From IMG/VR virus record IMGVR_UViG_3300008261_000010: DNA of 64,000 nt; one strand, given 5' to 3'. The stretch comes from an uncultured virus (IMG/VR IMGVR_UViG_3300008261_000010) (Duplodnaviria > Heunggongvirae > Uroviricota > Caudoviricetes). A model generated the notes under the pieces. It made no database searches. It was given only the letters and a program-made list of their open reading frames with translations, and was not told the DNA's origin. The position numbers were made by a program, and so were the translations under genes. Shown piece by piece: positions 26,921 through 36,040 of the stretch. Each line of letters begins with the position of its first letter. Position 1 is the first letter of the stretch.

Positions 26921-27163
26921 TCAGGCGCGGATGGCAAGGATGGCGGGCTGGGGCTGAGCATCAATGTATCGGTAGTCGCTTAGCGCGCCAAGGCTGACAA
27001 GGTGCGACAAGGCTTCCTGTTGCGTATCGGTTGGTACATCAGGAAAGGGCGACAACAGAAACAGATCACCGCTTTGCGAATGCGCAAAGGGCATGGCCTT
27101 GCCGATCAGATGCTGGTAGTGAGTTGCGATCGAAGCGACGGAGTGGTCGGACGAGGCAGGCAT
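26921..27163 (-). CDS. Hypothetical protein
   Basis: ORF from MPASSDH. Confidence 0.4.
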   Translation of the reverse strand: MPASSDHSVASIATHYQHLIGKAMPFAHSQSGDLFLLSPFPDVPTDTQQEALSHLVSLGALSDYRYIDAQPQPAILAIRA

Positions 27164-27197
27164 CGTTAGCGTGAGATGACAACATGTAAGCCCCGGC

Positions 27198-27482
27198 ATG
27201 AGCAATGCACACCCGGAGCGTGGAATCGACGACGGACTGGAGCCCACCGTCGGAGAGCAGTTGCGGTTAGCGCAGTTCGTCAACGCGTTGGATCGGGCCA
27301 ACGAGGGCGAACTCAGAGAAATTGCCAAGCAAATGGCTCAGCAGGTGATGGTCACCTTCCCGTCAGCGCTGCGATTTCTTGCCCGGGAGGCGGCGAGAAA
27401 TCTTGCAGGCCAGCCGTGGTCGCCTGAGTCTTCTGAGAAGCTGCTGGCGGCATTGACTGACCCGCGTGACGAGCCTGGATAG
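27198..27482 (+). CDS. Second NblA-like small helical protein
   Basis: LEPTVGEQLRLAQFVNALDRANEGELREIAKQMAQQ helix-loop-helix pattern; isolated + strand gene. Confidence 0.38.
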   Translation: MSNAHPERGIDDGLEPTVGEQLRLAQFVNALDRANEGELREIAKQMAQQVMVTFPSALRFLAREAARNLAGQPWSPESSEKLLAALTDPRDEPG

Positions 27483-27661
27483 TACGCAGATTTGCGCGAT
27501 AGCGCATACAGCTGAGGCGGCGAAAAGCCAAAACATGCAAGACGCGCATAATCCGCTGCAAATCTGCTGACTCTTAATGCGGAAACTGCATAGAGAGCCT
27601 CATGAGTGCTCCAGACTGGAGCGACACAAAATGAGACCAGGTTCGCTATCTGTAGTGATGA

Positions 27662-28363
27662 CTACCAACCGGCGGGCATCACCTCAGGGTTGACGGTCGC
27701 CACGTCATGATCGGCTCCGAGCTCATCGCGGTGGGTGGGCGGCAGACCTTCAGGGCGTCCGGCGTTGGGCTTGCCGGAGAAGGGATCGCCATTGACGTAG
27801 AGCGCCGGCAGCCAGATCGACTCGCCAACCTCGGCCCAGCGCTTCTCGTCGGCCTTGGTCGGGGCCTTGAGGGTGGGGGTCAAGGTGTAGGCGGTGTTCA
27901 TCTCGGTGCCCTTGCGCTTGAGGGTCAGGTAGAAGTTCGCCACGCCGGAGGGCAGGATCTGGTAATCCTCAAGGGCCAGGACCTCTTCCAGTTGCTCGCG
28001 CAGGTCCTTGCGCTGGAAGGTGTAGATCAGGAAGTCGTCGTCCTCCTTGGAGAGGCCGACAAAGGAGAGGAAGTAGCGGGGCTTGTCCTTCTCGCCGGTG
28101 CCATTGGTCTTGCCGGCCCAGGTCAGGCCGATCTCCTCGGCGAAGTTCTCGGGGTACTTGGGGAACTTGCGGGGCTGGCCGTCCATGGTGAAGTAGGACC
28201 AGCCCGCGATCACATGGCCAGTGTCATGCAGGCCGCAAAGGCGGAAGGTGGTGGACTCGCCATCCTTGAGGCGCTTACCGGGATCGAAGTAGCGGGTGCG
28301 TTTGGTGTCGGTGGTTTCGGTGGTTCCAGAGGTGGGGCGGTAGTCGGCAGGTAGGAATCCCAT
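27662..28363 (-). CDS. Phage ssDNA-binding / recombination protein (gp32-like)
   Basis: LKDGESTTFRL..., LKRKGTEMNTAYTL; adjacent to ssb; strongly biased codon usage. Confidence 0.55.
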   Translation of the reverse strand: MGFLPADYRPTSGTTETTDTKRTRYFDPGKRLKDGESTTFRLCGLHDTGHVIAGWSYFTMDGQPRKFPKYPENFAEEIGLTWAGKTNGTGEKDKPRYFLSFVGLSKEDDDFLIYTFQRKDLREQLEEVLALEDYQILPSGVANFYLTLKRKGTEMNTAYTLTPTLKAPTKADEKRWAEVGESIWLPALYVNGDPFSGKPNAGRPEGLPPTHRDELGADHDVATVNPEVMPAGW

Positions 28364-28388
28364 GGTTCAGGTGCGGTTTCTGTTGTGT

Positions 28389-29051
28389 TCAGCTGGCCCA
28401 ATCGAGCGGCATGGCATCGGCCGAGCCCTCGAAGTCCGATTGCTCGTAGCCGATGCCCTTGGTGCCGGCAGCAAGGTTGGTTGCGCCCTTGCCGCCCTTA
28501 CCGCGTTCAAAGGTGCGGATTGAGCGACCCTTGATTTCGGCGTAGGGCTGGCCGTCGCGGTTGGTGCGCAGATCGAGTGAACCCTCGATGGCCACCAGCG
28601 AGCCAACGGGTAGGGCGACCAGGCGCTCCATCGTGTAGCCGTAGCCGCGCACGTTGAACCAATCGGTCACCTCTTCGCCATTGCTCCACCGGTTAATGGC
28701 GACGGAGCGGGAAGCGGACTTATTGGATTCAGCGACGCGGGCTTCTTTAGCGAGACGTCCAGTAATCGTGACCTCGTTGACATAGGCGTCAGCGGGGACG
28801 TCGCAGAGCGTTCGGATAAAGAGGACGGGCTGGCTGTTCTCGAGCAGGAGGTCTCCTGCAACGATCATGGTTTGCCCTGCTGCTTTGGGCTTCATGGCCT
28901 CGGCTGTCTTACTGCCGGCGACGCAACGCAGCAGAACAGGTACCTGATCCTTGCCGTTGGTAGAGGCAAAGACTTCCAGGACCTGCTTGCCGTGCGCGAC
29001 GGTGTCGGCAGGTTGCGCCGCCAAGGCCACAACAAGTGTTGCGGTGCTCAC
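28389..29051 (-). CDS. ssb: Single-stranded DNA-binding protein with two OB folds
   Basis: VNEVTITGRLAKE, TDWFNVRGYG, GSLVAIEGSL; extra N-terminal OB-like half; acidic tail. Confidence 0.8.
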   Translation of the reverse strand: MSTATLVVALAAQPADTVAHGKQVLEVFASTNGKDQVPVLLRCVAGSKTAEAMKPKAAGQTMIVAGDLLLENSQPVLFIRTLCDVPADAYVNEVTITGRLAKEARVAESNKSASRSVAINRWSNGEEVTDWFNVRGYGYTMERLVALPVGSLVAIEGSLDLRTNRDGQPYAEIKGRSIRTFERGKGGKGATNLAAGTKGIGYEQSDFEGSADAMPLDWAS

Positions 29052-29076
29052 GAAGATTGAGAAGGCGCAAGCCAGG

Positions 29077-29715
29077 CTAGCCGGATTGCGAGACGTGGCA
29101 AGCAGTTCGCCTACTGAATTCCTGGATCCAGTCGGGAAAAGCCGGAATCGGCTCTGCTGTCTGCGGCATCACCAAGATGATCAGCTCAATCGACTCGCCT
29201 TGCAGACGCAGCGGGCCGCCATCGAAGGCAGACAGCACGAGTGAATCGGCTAACAAACCGGCGGCTTTGATGGCGCGCTCGAGGTAGGCAACGCGGTAAC
29301 GCCCGGCGGTCTGACTGAGCTCAGGTGTTGCACCCCAGCGCTCGACGCAGGCCGCGAGGGCAGCGTCGATATCTGGGAAAGGCGTGATCGCATGTTGAAT
29401 GACGATCTCTTTGCCCTTGTTGCTGCTGGCCTTGTAGTAGGTGGTGACCAAGGCGCGATCGCCATCAATGCTGATGCCGCGCTCTGCGGTCTTAATACCC
29501 GCGCAGGCCTTCAAAAGTTCAGGGCTGGGCAGGATGGAGAGAGCTTCATCGGCTGTGCCTTGCCGATCGAAGCCCACGGCTGTGACCTTGCCATGATCGC
29601 TGGCCGCCAGCAGGACACCGCCACAGTGGGGCCTGATGTGAATGGATTGGTACGGGGCGTAGGCGCCGGTGAAGGAACCAACAGCTGCCAGTAAGGCGGA
29701 GTTGAATTGCAGCAC
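29077..29715 (-). CDS. DNA polymerase III beta-clamp-like protein (two-domain)
   Basis: VLLAASDHGK (cf. VATDGHRL), FPDIDAAL, YLERAIKA, PLRL...ILVMP C-terminal clamp pattern. Confidence 0.6.
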   Translation of the reverse strand: MLQFNSALLAAVGSFTGAYAPYQSIHIRPHCGGVLLAASDHGKVTAVGFDRQGTADEALSILPSPELLKACAGIKTAERGISIDGDRALVTTYYKASSNKGKEIVIQHAITPFPDIDAALAACVERWGATPELSQTAGRYRVAYLERAIKAAGLLADSLVLSAFDGGPLRLQGESIELIILVMPQTAEPIPAFPDWIQEFSRRTACHVSQSG

Positions 29716-29987
29716 AGCTCAGGCGCGAGTGGTCAGCTGGGCAACACCACTGAGCTGGGCCACGGCGGGCACCCACTGCCAGCGGTAGGCGAGTTTGTTC
29801 TTCTGCATCAAGGCATTGGCGGGTTCGAGTTCATGCAGCGCGAGCATCGGTTGCCAGGCGGGATCGAGGGCCTGACCGGTGCGGGTGTCGATCATCAAGG
29901 CGCGGCGTCGCTCCATCGGGGAGTCTTGTCTCGGCCCTTCAAGCTAGGCCTGGTTGCGCGATTGGCCAGCATTTCGCACGATGTGTC

Positions 29988-30242
29988 TTGCGTAGCATGG
30001 AGCAGCCCGCATGGCTGATGCCGATGGACCGGGGCGATGAAGAGCTGCTCGACCGTGCCTATCAGCGCCGCCTGGAGCTGATGGGACAGCCTGGCGTGCG
30101 CTGGGTGCGGATGACCCTGGAGGCGCGTGGTGTGACCTTCGTCATGGAAGAGCAGGGCGGAGCGCAGCGCGCAGAGTGGATGCCCCGTCACCAGGAGCCT
30201 GCTGATGGCGGCAGCCCCAATGGCGCCTACGACCGGGAGTAG
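29988..30242 (+). CDS. Hypothetical protein
   Basis: First of three + strand ORFs. Confidence 0.45.
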   Translation: MRSMEQPAWLMPMDRGDEELLDRAYQRRLELMGQPGVRWVRMTLEARGVTFVMEEQGGAQRAEWMPRHQEPADGGSPNGAYDRE

Positions 30243-30244
30243 CG

Positions 30245-30505
30245 ATGCCGGTCTGGCTATGGCGATCGATTGTTGGTGTGGCCTCAACCACTGCACTGCT
30301 AGTGATCATGCAGTGGGCGGCATGCACGTTCTATGTGATGCCAAGGATCTGGCCGTGGTACGCCAAATACAAAGGGACTGAAGTCGCCGAGAAGATTCAG
30401 ATGCCGCCCCTGGGCTGCGAGGACGCCAGTGGTCGCTCTGTGGCAGCACTGATGGGCTTGCTGACTACATTGATTTCACTGAGCCGGCAAGCGGACGACC
30501 GCTGA
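30245..30505 (+). CDS. Small two-TM membrane protein
   Basis: Two hydrophobic segments flanking a loop with two Cys. Confidence 0.55.
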   Translation: MPVWLWRSIVGVASTTALLVIMQWAACTFYVMPRIWPWYAKYKGTEVAEKIQMPPLGCEDASGRSVAALMGLLTTLISLSRQADDR

Positions 30506-30509
30506 ATCA

Positions 30510-30818
30510 ATGTCTGAGCGCGTGGAACTCAAGGACCTTGAGCCTGTCCTTCATGTGGAAGATGAGGGATTGGACATCAGGGGCTATGAGATTGACGGTG
30601 AATTTGTCTTGGATTTCGACTGGGCGCCTGGCGGCCCCTGGGACGAGCTCAATGACGAGGCGAAGTTCAAGCAGTTCGTCGTGCAGTGGCTTGAGCAGAT
30701 GACCGGTCGGGAGATGGCAGCTGCTGATATCGAGCAACTGAAGATCACCCGCGAGCAGGGGCAGTCCCAGAGCTCGCTGACCGACGAATCAGGGAACGAT
30801 CCGGCTGCAGAGAGCTAA
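30510..30818 (+). CDS. Acidic hypothetical protein
   Basis: DGEFVLDFDWAPGGPWDELND. Confidence 0.5.
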   Translation: MSERVELKDLEPVLHVEDEGLDIRGYEIDGEFVLDFDWAPGGPWDELNDEAKFKQFVVQWLEQMTGREMAAADIEQLKITREQGQSQSSLTDESGNDPAAES

Positions 30819-30855
30819 CGCAAGCCAGCCGGTCAGACACAGCCAGGCCGAAAGC

Positions 30856-31179
30856 TCAAGCCAGGTGCTCAGGGTCGGATCCACTGCTGCCTGCGTTGAG
30901 ATCTTCCAGGAGGCGCAGGTCGTAGATCTCGGCGACCTTGCGCATCGCTCCGACATCGCGGGTTTCGTTGAAGGCCAGCTGAGCGCCGCCCTGCATGATC
31001 ACCGGCTCTTGGAAGCCGGCCATGGCCAGCACCTGCTCAAACACCTTGAACCAGGCATGGACCGAGCAGTCGCTCATCTCTGTGCTGATGAGAGTGGTAA
31101 CTGCGTTGGGCTCATCGAGGGCAAAACCCTGCGATGTCTCCAGGGTGATCGAGAGCTTGGTGAAGGGATCGTTCAGCAT
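30856..31179 (-). CDS. Hypothetical protein
   Basis: ORF from MLNDPF; VFEQVLAMAGF motif. Confidence 0.55.
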   Translation of the reverse strand: MLNDPFTKLSITLETSQGFALDEPNAVTTLISTEMSDCSVHAWFKVFEQVLAMAGFQEPVIMQGGAQLAFNETRDVGAMRKVAEIYDLRLLEDLNAGSSGSDPEHLA

Positions 31180-31349
31180 GAGCTTAGTGCTTGATCTGAT
31201 ACGAACAGCTGGAGCTTGAAAGGCGAAAGGTCTCGACGTGAGGCACAGGCCCTGGGACATGTCGATCGATCCAACGTACACAGCATTCGCGAATATCGCA
31301 GCTGCTGTCATGGCAGCGGCAGGTGTCGAGCGGGAGGAGAGTGCGGGGC

Positions 31350-31553
31350 TTATTGAGGACGGATGACATAGGATTGAGCGAAGGGATCATCCCCGGGATC
31401 GGGAAGACCGGAGGCGATGGCGCAGGCTCTGGCGTAGAAGGGTGAGCTGGTCTTACCTGCAGCCTCAAGGGCGGCTTTGACCTTGGCCCAGTTCTCGCGA
31501 TTCGGGGTGTCGATCAGCCTGAAAACGACTCGACCTACGCTAGTGAAAAACAA
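31350..31553 (-). CDS. Small cyanobacterial/cyanophage-type protein
   Basis: RENWAKVKAALEAAGKTSSPFYARACAI...DP motif; true start uncertain. Confidence 0.55.
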   Translation of the reverse strand: MFFTSVGRVVFRLIDTPNRENWAKVKAALEAAGKTSSPFYARACAIASGLPDPGDDPFAQSYVIRPQ

Positions 31554-31637
31554 AAGCAGTCGAAATGCACGGGTGCCGCAATAAAAAAGCCGACCCGAAG
31601 GCCGGCCAACTCCGATCCAGAGAAAGGCTAACGAGGT

Positions 31638-31907
31638 TTAGCGCTGATCCAGCGCGATCTTGATCGCGGCCTGGAAGTAGCCGGCGACTTTCATGCGGCG
31701 GAACTCGGTGTGCCCTTCCTCAGATTGCTTGTTATCCATGTTGTCGTGGTTGTAGCGAGCTTCGTTCAGGGCAGCGAGGGTCTCGACGTTGAGCATCTCA
31801 AGCTCTTTGGTGGGCAGCTCTGGGAGCTTGTCGAGGTCGATGTTCTTGCCGAGTAGGAAAGAGCGAAAGAAAGGAATGAATGACGTGTCAGTCATTACAG
31901 CGGGCAT
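31638..31907 (-). CDS. Hypothetical protein
   Basis: ORF from MPAVMTD; hairpin + A-run terminator at about 31583-31606. Confidence 0.55.
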   Translation of the reverse strand: MPAVMTDTSFIPFFRSFLLGKNIDLDKLPELPTKELEMLNVETLAALNEARYNHDNMDNKQSEEGHTEFRRMKVAGYFQAAIKIALDQR

Positions 31908-32145
31908 GGTATTGGAGGCAATGTAATAGGTGAATTGGTCAGACCTCGAGCAGGGAGGAGGTCGCGGTGGGTGGGTCAATGCCAGTAACTTGATGGTCCT
32001 GTTTCTTCAAGACTCAGGCGGTCCGTTGCGCCCGGCAGCGGTGAGGCCAGAGGTGCGTGAGCCCTGGCCACCGGGCACCCTCTTAGTGGGTCTGACTACT
32101 GGGCGACCATTTTGGTGACGCCAACAAAATGGTTAGTTGATCGGA

Positions 32146-32388
32146 CTACTGGGCTTCAAGCTTTAAGGCGGTCCTGATCTGGCAGAGGGCAAGCTCCTCG
32201 GCCTCCGGATTACCTAGGTCAATAGCCTGGAGCAAGCCACTGCACAGTTTGCGGTATTGAGAGTTTGCGCAGTCGTTGTATCCCGAGAGGTATGCCAACG
32301 CAATAAGTTCTTTAATTTCAATCTGGTAGTCTTTGTAAGCATTGCCGAGCTCCTCGACAAGCCCAAGTGGCGGTTTGATTTCAGTCAC
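32146..32388 (-). CDS. Hypothetical protein (locally AT-richer)
   Basis: ORF track. Confidence 0.45.
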   Translation of the reverse strand: MTEIKPPLGLVEELGNAYKDYQIEIKELIALAYLSGYNDCANSQYRKLCSGLLQAIDLGNPEAEELALCQIRTALKLEAQ

Positions 32389-32596
32389 GGGAAAGAGAAG
32401 TGTGTAGATCTAATCGCTTGTCCAGATAACAGGCGTGGCCATGTAATCGGGATTTTGTGGAGCCGGATTGATGGGTGACAGTGCCCAGCGCAGCAAGGCC
32501 CCAAGGGCGATGCCAAGTACAAGGGCCAGAAGCGCTGAATGCTTCATGACAATTGCGTGAGGTAGATGGTGACGGCGAGGATGCCGAGCATCCAGG

Positions 32597-32776
32597 TCAA
32601 GCCAAAGACGATGACGGGCGGCACTGCGGGTACATGCGGAGAAGTTGTGCCTTCCGCTCGTCGATGAGATGAGCAGAAGACACAATGGAGCAGAGGCCAT
32701 CGGGCATGCAGATCCGATAGCAGTCATGGCCATGGCAGTCGATGTAGTAATCGACGGTGAGATCGTCAGGGCTCAT
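32597..32776 (-). CDS. Small hypothetical protein
   Basis: CSIVSSAHLIDERKAQL motif. Confidence 0.5.
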   Translation of the reverse strand: MSPDDLTVDYYIDCHGHDCYRICMPDGLCSIVSSAHLIDERKAQLLRMYPQCRPSSSLA

Positions 32777-32809
32777 GGCGTGACTGAATAACCCGGGCAC
32801 AGCATGAAG

Positions 32810-33157
32810 TCATGCTGCGGTGGATTGTGATGGTCCCGTTATTCTCTCGTACTCAGAACGCAGGACTTCTTGCCATTGCCATGCCGACCAATTACGGCCG
32901 GTGCGCAAGTTGAGTTGCCTGGTGGGCGAGAAGCTGCCGAGCAGTAGACCACCAGCCTCGTGGGGCAGGATTGCCCCGTAGGCCAGGAGTTCGCTGCGCT
33001 GAAGCTTGAGTTCATCGGCTGGTGCGGCAGGGGTCCGAGTGGTAGCGGAACTTGCCGCCGTGGTCGTAGACGATGCGGAAGGGGATGCCATTGTCTGCGC
33101 AGGTTTTGATGATCTCGCGGAGCTGAGCGCCGTTGCGGAGCTGAATCTGTGTGTCAT
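32810..33157 (-). CDS. Hypothetical protein
   Basis: ATGA-coupled to GP88. Confidence 0.45.
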   Translation of the reverse strand: MTHRFSSATALSSARSSKPAQTMASPSASSTTTAASSATTRTPAAPADELKLQRSELLAYGAILPHEAGGLLLGSFSPTRQLNLRTGRNWSAWQWQEVLRSEYERITGPSQSTAA

Positions 33158-33936
33158 CGACCGGCAGGGACGGGTAGTGGACGAGCATGGGTTGAATGCT
33201 TCGAGTAGCCAGCGAACTGCCCGGCAGCCCGGCGCTTTTGGATGGCCTGGCCGGCCGCTGAGTCTTTGGGCTGTGTGCCATGGACAAGGTGTGCGAAATG
33301 AGCAGGTGTGGATTGGTAGGCCATGGCGTCGGTGAAGTCGATCGCCAGGCCCAGAGCGTATGCCTCTTCTTGCGTATTGACAACCCTGGCAGTGCGATGG
33401 AATAACCCATCGGCGAGCAGGAAGTCATAGCGGCCGCCCCAGGAGGCCGTCATGACGAGGTTGTCCGGCAGCGCAAGCGGTGTGCCGTGATCGAGCCACA
33501 GGGGCAAGTTCTTGCTGTAGAGGTAGAACAGCAAGTCCGGGTGGCGCTGTGCTGTCTCGATCAGGGCGTCGCGCAGTTGGACGTTGAAGCAGTCGCCGGA
33601 GGTGAACCAGCGCACACGCTCGGTATAGGTGCGTCGCTGGGCGCGCAGGGAGAGATCGAGTAGACTGGCCATGGCACCGCTTTGCAGTCCGCGCAGCAGT
33701 GACCAGTTGTGGTGCCGTGCTTTGCGCACGGTGGGACGGGTCTCTTCGCTGGCGGCAGAGCAGCGAAACAGCGTCTGAGGTCCGTCGGTGATCTTGCCCG
33801 TTATGGGATCGGCCTTGGAGAGGCAGTGCAAAGCCCCTGGGCAGGTGAACCCAGCCGGCAGAGCGAAGGTCATGGTCGTGTTGGGCAGCTTGGCGTTGCC
33901 GTGCCCGAACTTGAGGAGCTGATCGGAAAGGCTCAT
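33154..33936 (-). CDS. GP88-family protein (radical-SAM-like Cys motif)
   Basis: GNAKL, FALPAGFTCPGALHC...FRC, RWFTSGD, FYLYSK. Confidence 0.75.
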   Translation of the reverse strand: MSLSDQLLKFGHGNAKLPNTTMTFALPAGFTCPGALHCLSKADPITGKITDGPQTLFRCSAASEETRPTVRKARHHNWSLLRGLQSGAMASLLDLSLRAQRRTYTERVRWFTSGDCFNVQLRDALIETAQRHPDLLFYLYSKNLPLWLDHGTPLALPDNLVMTASWGGRYDFLLADGLFHRTARVVNTQEEAYALGLAIDFTDAMAYQSTPAHFAHLVHGTQPKDSAAGQAIQKRRAAGQFAGYSKHSTHARPLPVPAGR

Positions 33937-34178
33937 GCCGCCTCCTTGCGCAGGGCGGCAGCACGCAGTTGCTCGAGCTGGACATCGGCAACGGCTTGAG
34001 CGCGTTGAATGCCGAGTTCGAGCTGGGTCAGGGCGGAGAGCAGGGCCCGCTCATCGCCGGGCTCGATGGTGGTGCCTGCGTCGCGGTAGTGAACCAGCAG
34101 CCCGAGTAACTCGAAGTAGATGAACTCGGCTTGCTGGGCGCCGAGGCGCAAGCTGACGGTGGAAGATCGCGTGAACAT
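33933..34178 (-). CDS. Hypothetical protein
   Basis: ORF from MFTRSS; ATGA coupling. Confidence 0.5.
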   Translation of the reverse strand: MFTRSSTVSLRLGAQQAEFIYFELLGLLVHYRDAGTTIEPGDERALLSALTQLELGIQRAQAVADVQLEQLRAAALRKEAA

Positions 34179-34248
34179 GCACAGGTGTAGAGGTGCATGC
34201 AGAAAGGCCGCCCCGCGTGATGCGAGACGGCCTTCAGGGTGTCTTTGA

Positions 34249-34446
34249 TTAGGGGTTTTCTGGATCGGACATGGCACGCTCCAGTAGGTAGGCGCAGAGG
34301 TTGGACATGGAGCGTCCTTCGTAATCAGATCGGTCTTGAAGTCGGGCAAACAACGCCTTGTGCAGCACGATCGTGATGCGCTTCGAGTTGCTGTTGTAGT
34401 TGTACTTGTTGTTGTTGTTGTTGTTGTTCGGGATCGGGGAGTACAT
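34249..34446 (-). CDS. Ribbon-helix-helix (Arc/CopG-like) regulator with poly-Asn N-terminus
   Basis: KRITIVL...RLQDRSDYEGRSMSNLCAYLLERAM. Confidence 0.75.
   Translation of the reverse strand: MYSPIPNNNNNNNKYNYNSNSKRITIVLHKALFARLQDRSDYEGRSMSNLCAYLLERAMSDPENP
34387..34428. repeat. (AAC)n trinucleotide microsatellite
   Basis: gttgctgttgtagttgtacttgttgttgttgttgttgttgtt. Confidence 0.85.
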
Positions 34447-34562
34447 GAAGAGTCAGGAAAGTGGATAAGGAGTGCCCCTGCCAGTGCTCAATGCGCGTCG
34501 CCCCATCGCGGTTCGAGAGCAGAAGCTCGCCGCCGCTGGGCAGCAGGATCTTGAGGGTTTGA

Positions 34563-34955
34563 TCAGGCAGCAGATCGACGGTCATGACAGGAGCGCTCTG
34601 GTAAGTGAGTCCAGGTGATGCGTTTACCGATTCGGTAGTAGTGGCTAGAGGCGATACCGAATCGTGCTTTGACTTGGCTGTAGGTCAGGCCTTGGTCGTA
34701 GGCCTGACGAATGGCGTAGATGTCTGAGTCAGTAAGGATTGACCGGGGATTGGTCTCTCCTTTGAGGCCGTAGTTGAGGTTCCGCCGGGTAGAGCCTGGC
34801 TTGGGCCCTGGCTTGGGTTTGCTGTAGCGCTCGATCGTGATGAACTGGCTACCGCAATCCAGGCAGCGGATGTAGCGGCGCTGATGGTCGTCGTAAACAT
34901 CAGTGCTGGAGACGCGTGTTTGCCTGGAGTTGCAGGCACGGCAACGCATGGCCAT
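34563..34955 (-). CDS. NrdR-like Zn-ribbon fused to HTH DNA-binding domain
   Basis: MRCRAC...TRVSST...RRYIRCLDCGSQFITIE; GETNPRSILT...AIR HTH. Confidence 0.7.
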   Translation of the reverse strand: MAMRCRACNSRQTRVSSTDVYDDHQRRYIRCLDCGSQFITIERYSKPKPGPKPGSTRRNLNYGLKGETNPRSILTDSDIYAIRQAYDQGLTYSQVKARFGIASSHYYRIGKRITWTHLPERSCHDRRSAA

Positions 34956-35286
34956 CGGTGTTTGATCTCAGACTCGGGCTCGTTTGCGGGTGAGCGGATA
35001 GCCCAGGTTGCTCAGCCGCTCGTATTCACGCCGCGAGAGCCAGCGCACCACAAGGTGCGGCGGCAGCAAGGGAATCGCTAACCAGGGATAACGCTTGCTG
35101 GTTTCCGTAAGTTGACGGGACACAGAAGCAAGACGTTCAATACGACGCTTGGCCTTGAAGAGCGGAGTGAGGTAGAGCACGAGCAGTTTCTAGAATTGGG
35201 TCAAATCGTCGGACCCTTCGGGGTTGCAGATGCTGACGCCAGACGACGGGGACGTCAGTTTCTGACACTTAATCGGTGGAGATCCG

Positions 35287-35475
35287 ATGGAGCCGTTGAA
35301 TCTGGACATGTTCCGGCGTTTGTCGCTGGAGCGCGAATTCGAGCGCGTGGTGCGCCGCCGTCAGATGCAGGCCGATGGCCTGTATGGCGGTTCATGTGTG
35401 TACAGGGGTGTGCGATACGAGTGTTCCGGCCGCCCCGGTAGCTGGGGTGTGCTGGAGGGCGGCGAGATCACCTGA
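35287..35475 (+). CDS. DUF4278-like small protein
   Basis: C-terminal VYRGVRY motif. Confidence 0.5.
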   Translation: MEPLNLDMFRRLSLEREFERVVRRRQMQADGLYGGSCVYRGVRYECSGRPGSWGVLEGGEIT

Positions 35476-35795
35476 TCAAGGCCCGGTCTCAAGCCCTGTG
35501 GCGTAGCGCCCTTGCAGAGATTGCTGCTGGGGCCACGGCGAGGAAGCAAGGATCAGAGCGCTGGCGAGCAGAACAGCAAGTTCAAGCAGCCGGCGCTTGG
35601 TTCCGGAGGAAGAGCGCTGCGTTCTGGTCGTGGATGAGGTCGTCTTGCGGCAACGTGCCGTGGGTCCAGAGGAAACGCGTGCGGAAGCGAATCGGCGGCG
35701 GATCGCCTGGGGTGGTAATGGCGGCAAGCTTGGCGACATAGGTGGTGTACTCGTGGATGTCGGAATCGGTAATGGCGCGGCGGGTCGTCATGGCA

Positions 35796-35990
35796 TCAGG
35801 TGTGTGAGCGTCCATCGGCTTCCACCAGGCCGAAGAGCCCGCACCAAGGCAGGGTTCCGGTGATGGCTCCTGGCATGTAGGGATCGAGGCAGAAGTCCTC
35901 AAGGAGGACGTCGACGGGAATGTTTTTCTCAGCAGCGCAATCGAGGAAGCGCTGCTGCTGAGCGGGACTGAGTTGGGTGATAGTGAGCAT
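35796..35990 (-). CDS. Hypothetical protein
   Basis: ORF ending ...GLVEADGRSHT. Confidence 0.55.
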   Translation of the reverse strand: MLTITQLSPAQQQRFLDCAAEKNIPVDVLLEDFCLDPYMPGAITGTLPWCGLFGLVEADGRSHT

Positions 35991-36040
35991 GAGCTGCGAA
36001 AGAAAGGGAGCCGCCCCGAACGCGAGGCGGCGTGGTGGGA

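Noticed and set aside
34387..34428. DGR template repeat (AAC-rich)
   Set aside because: No reverse transcriptase and no matching variable repeat in the window; it is a simple microsatellite.
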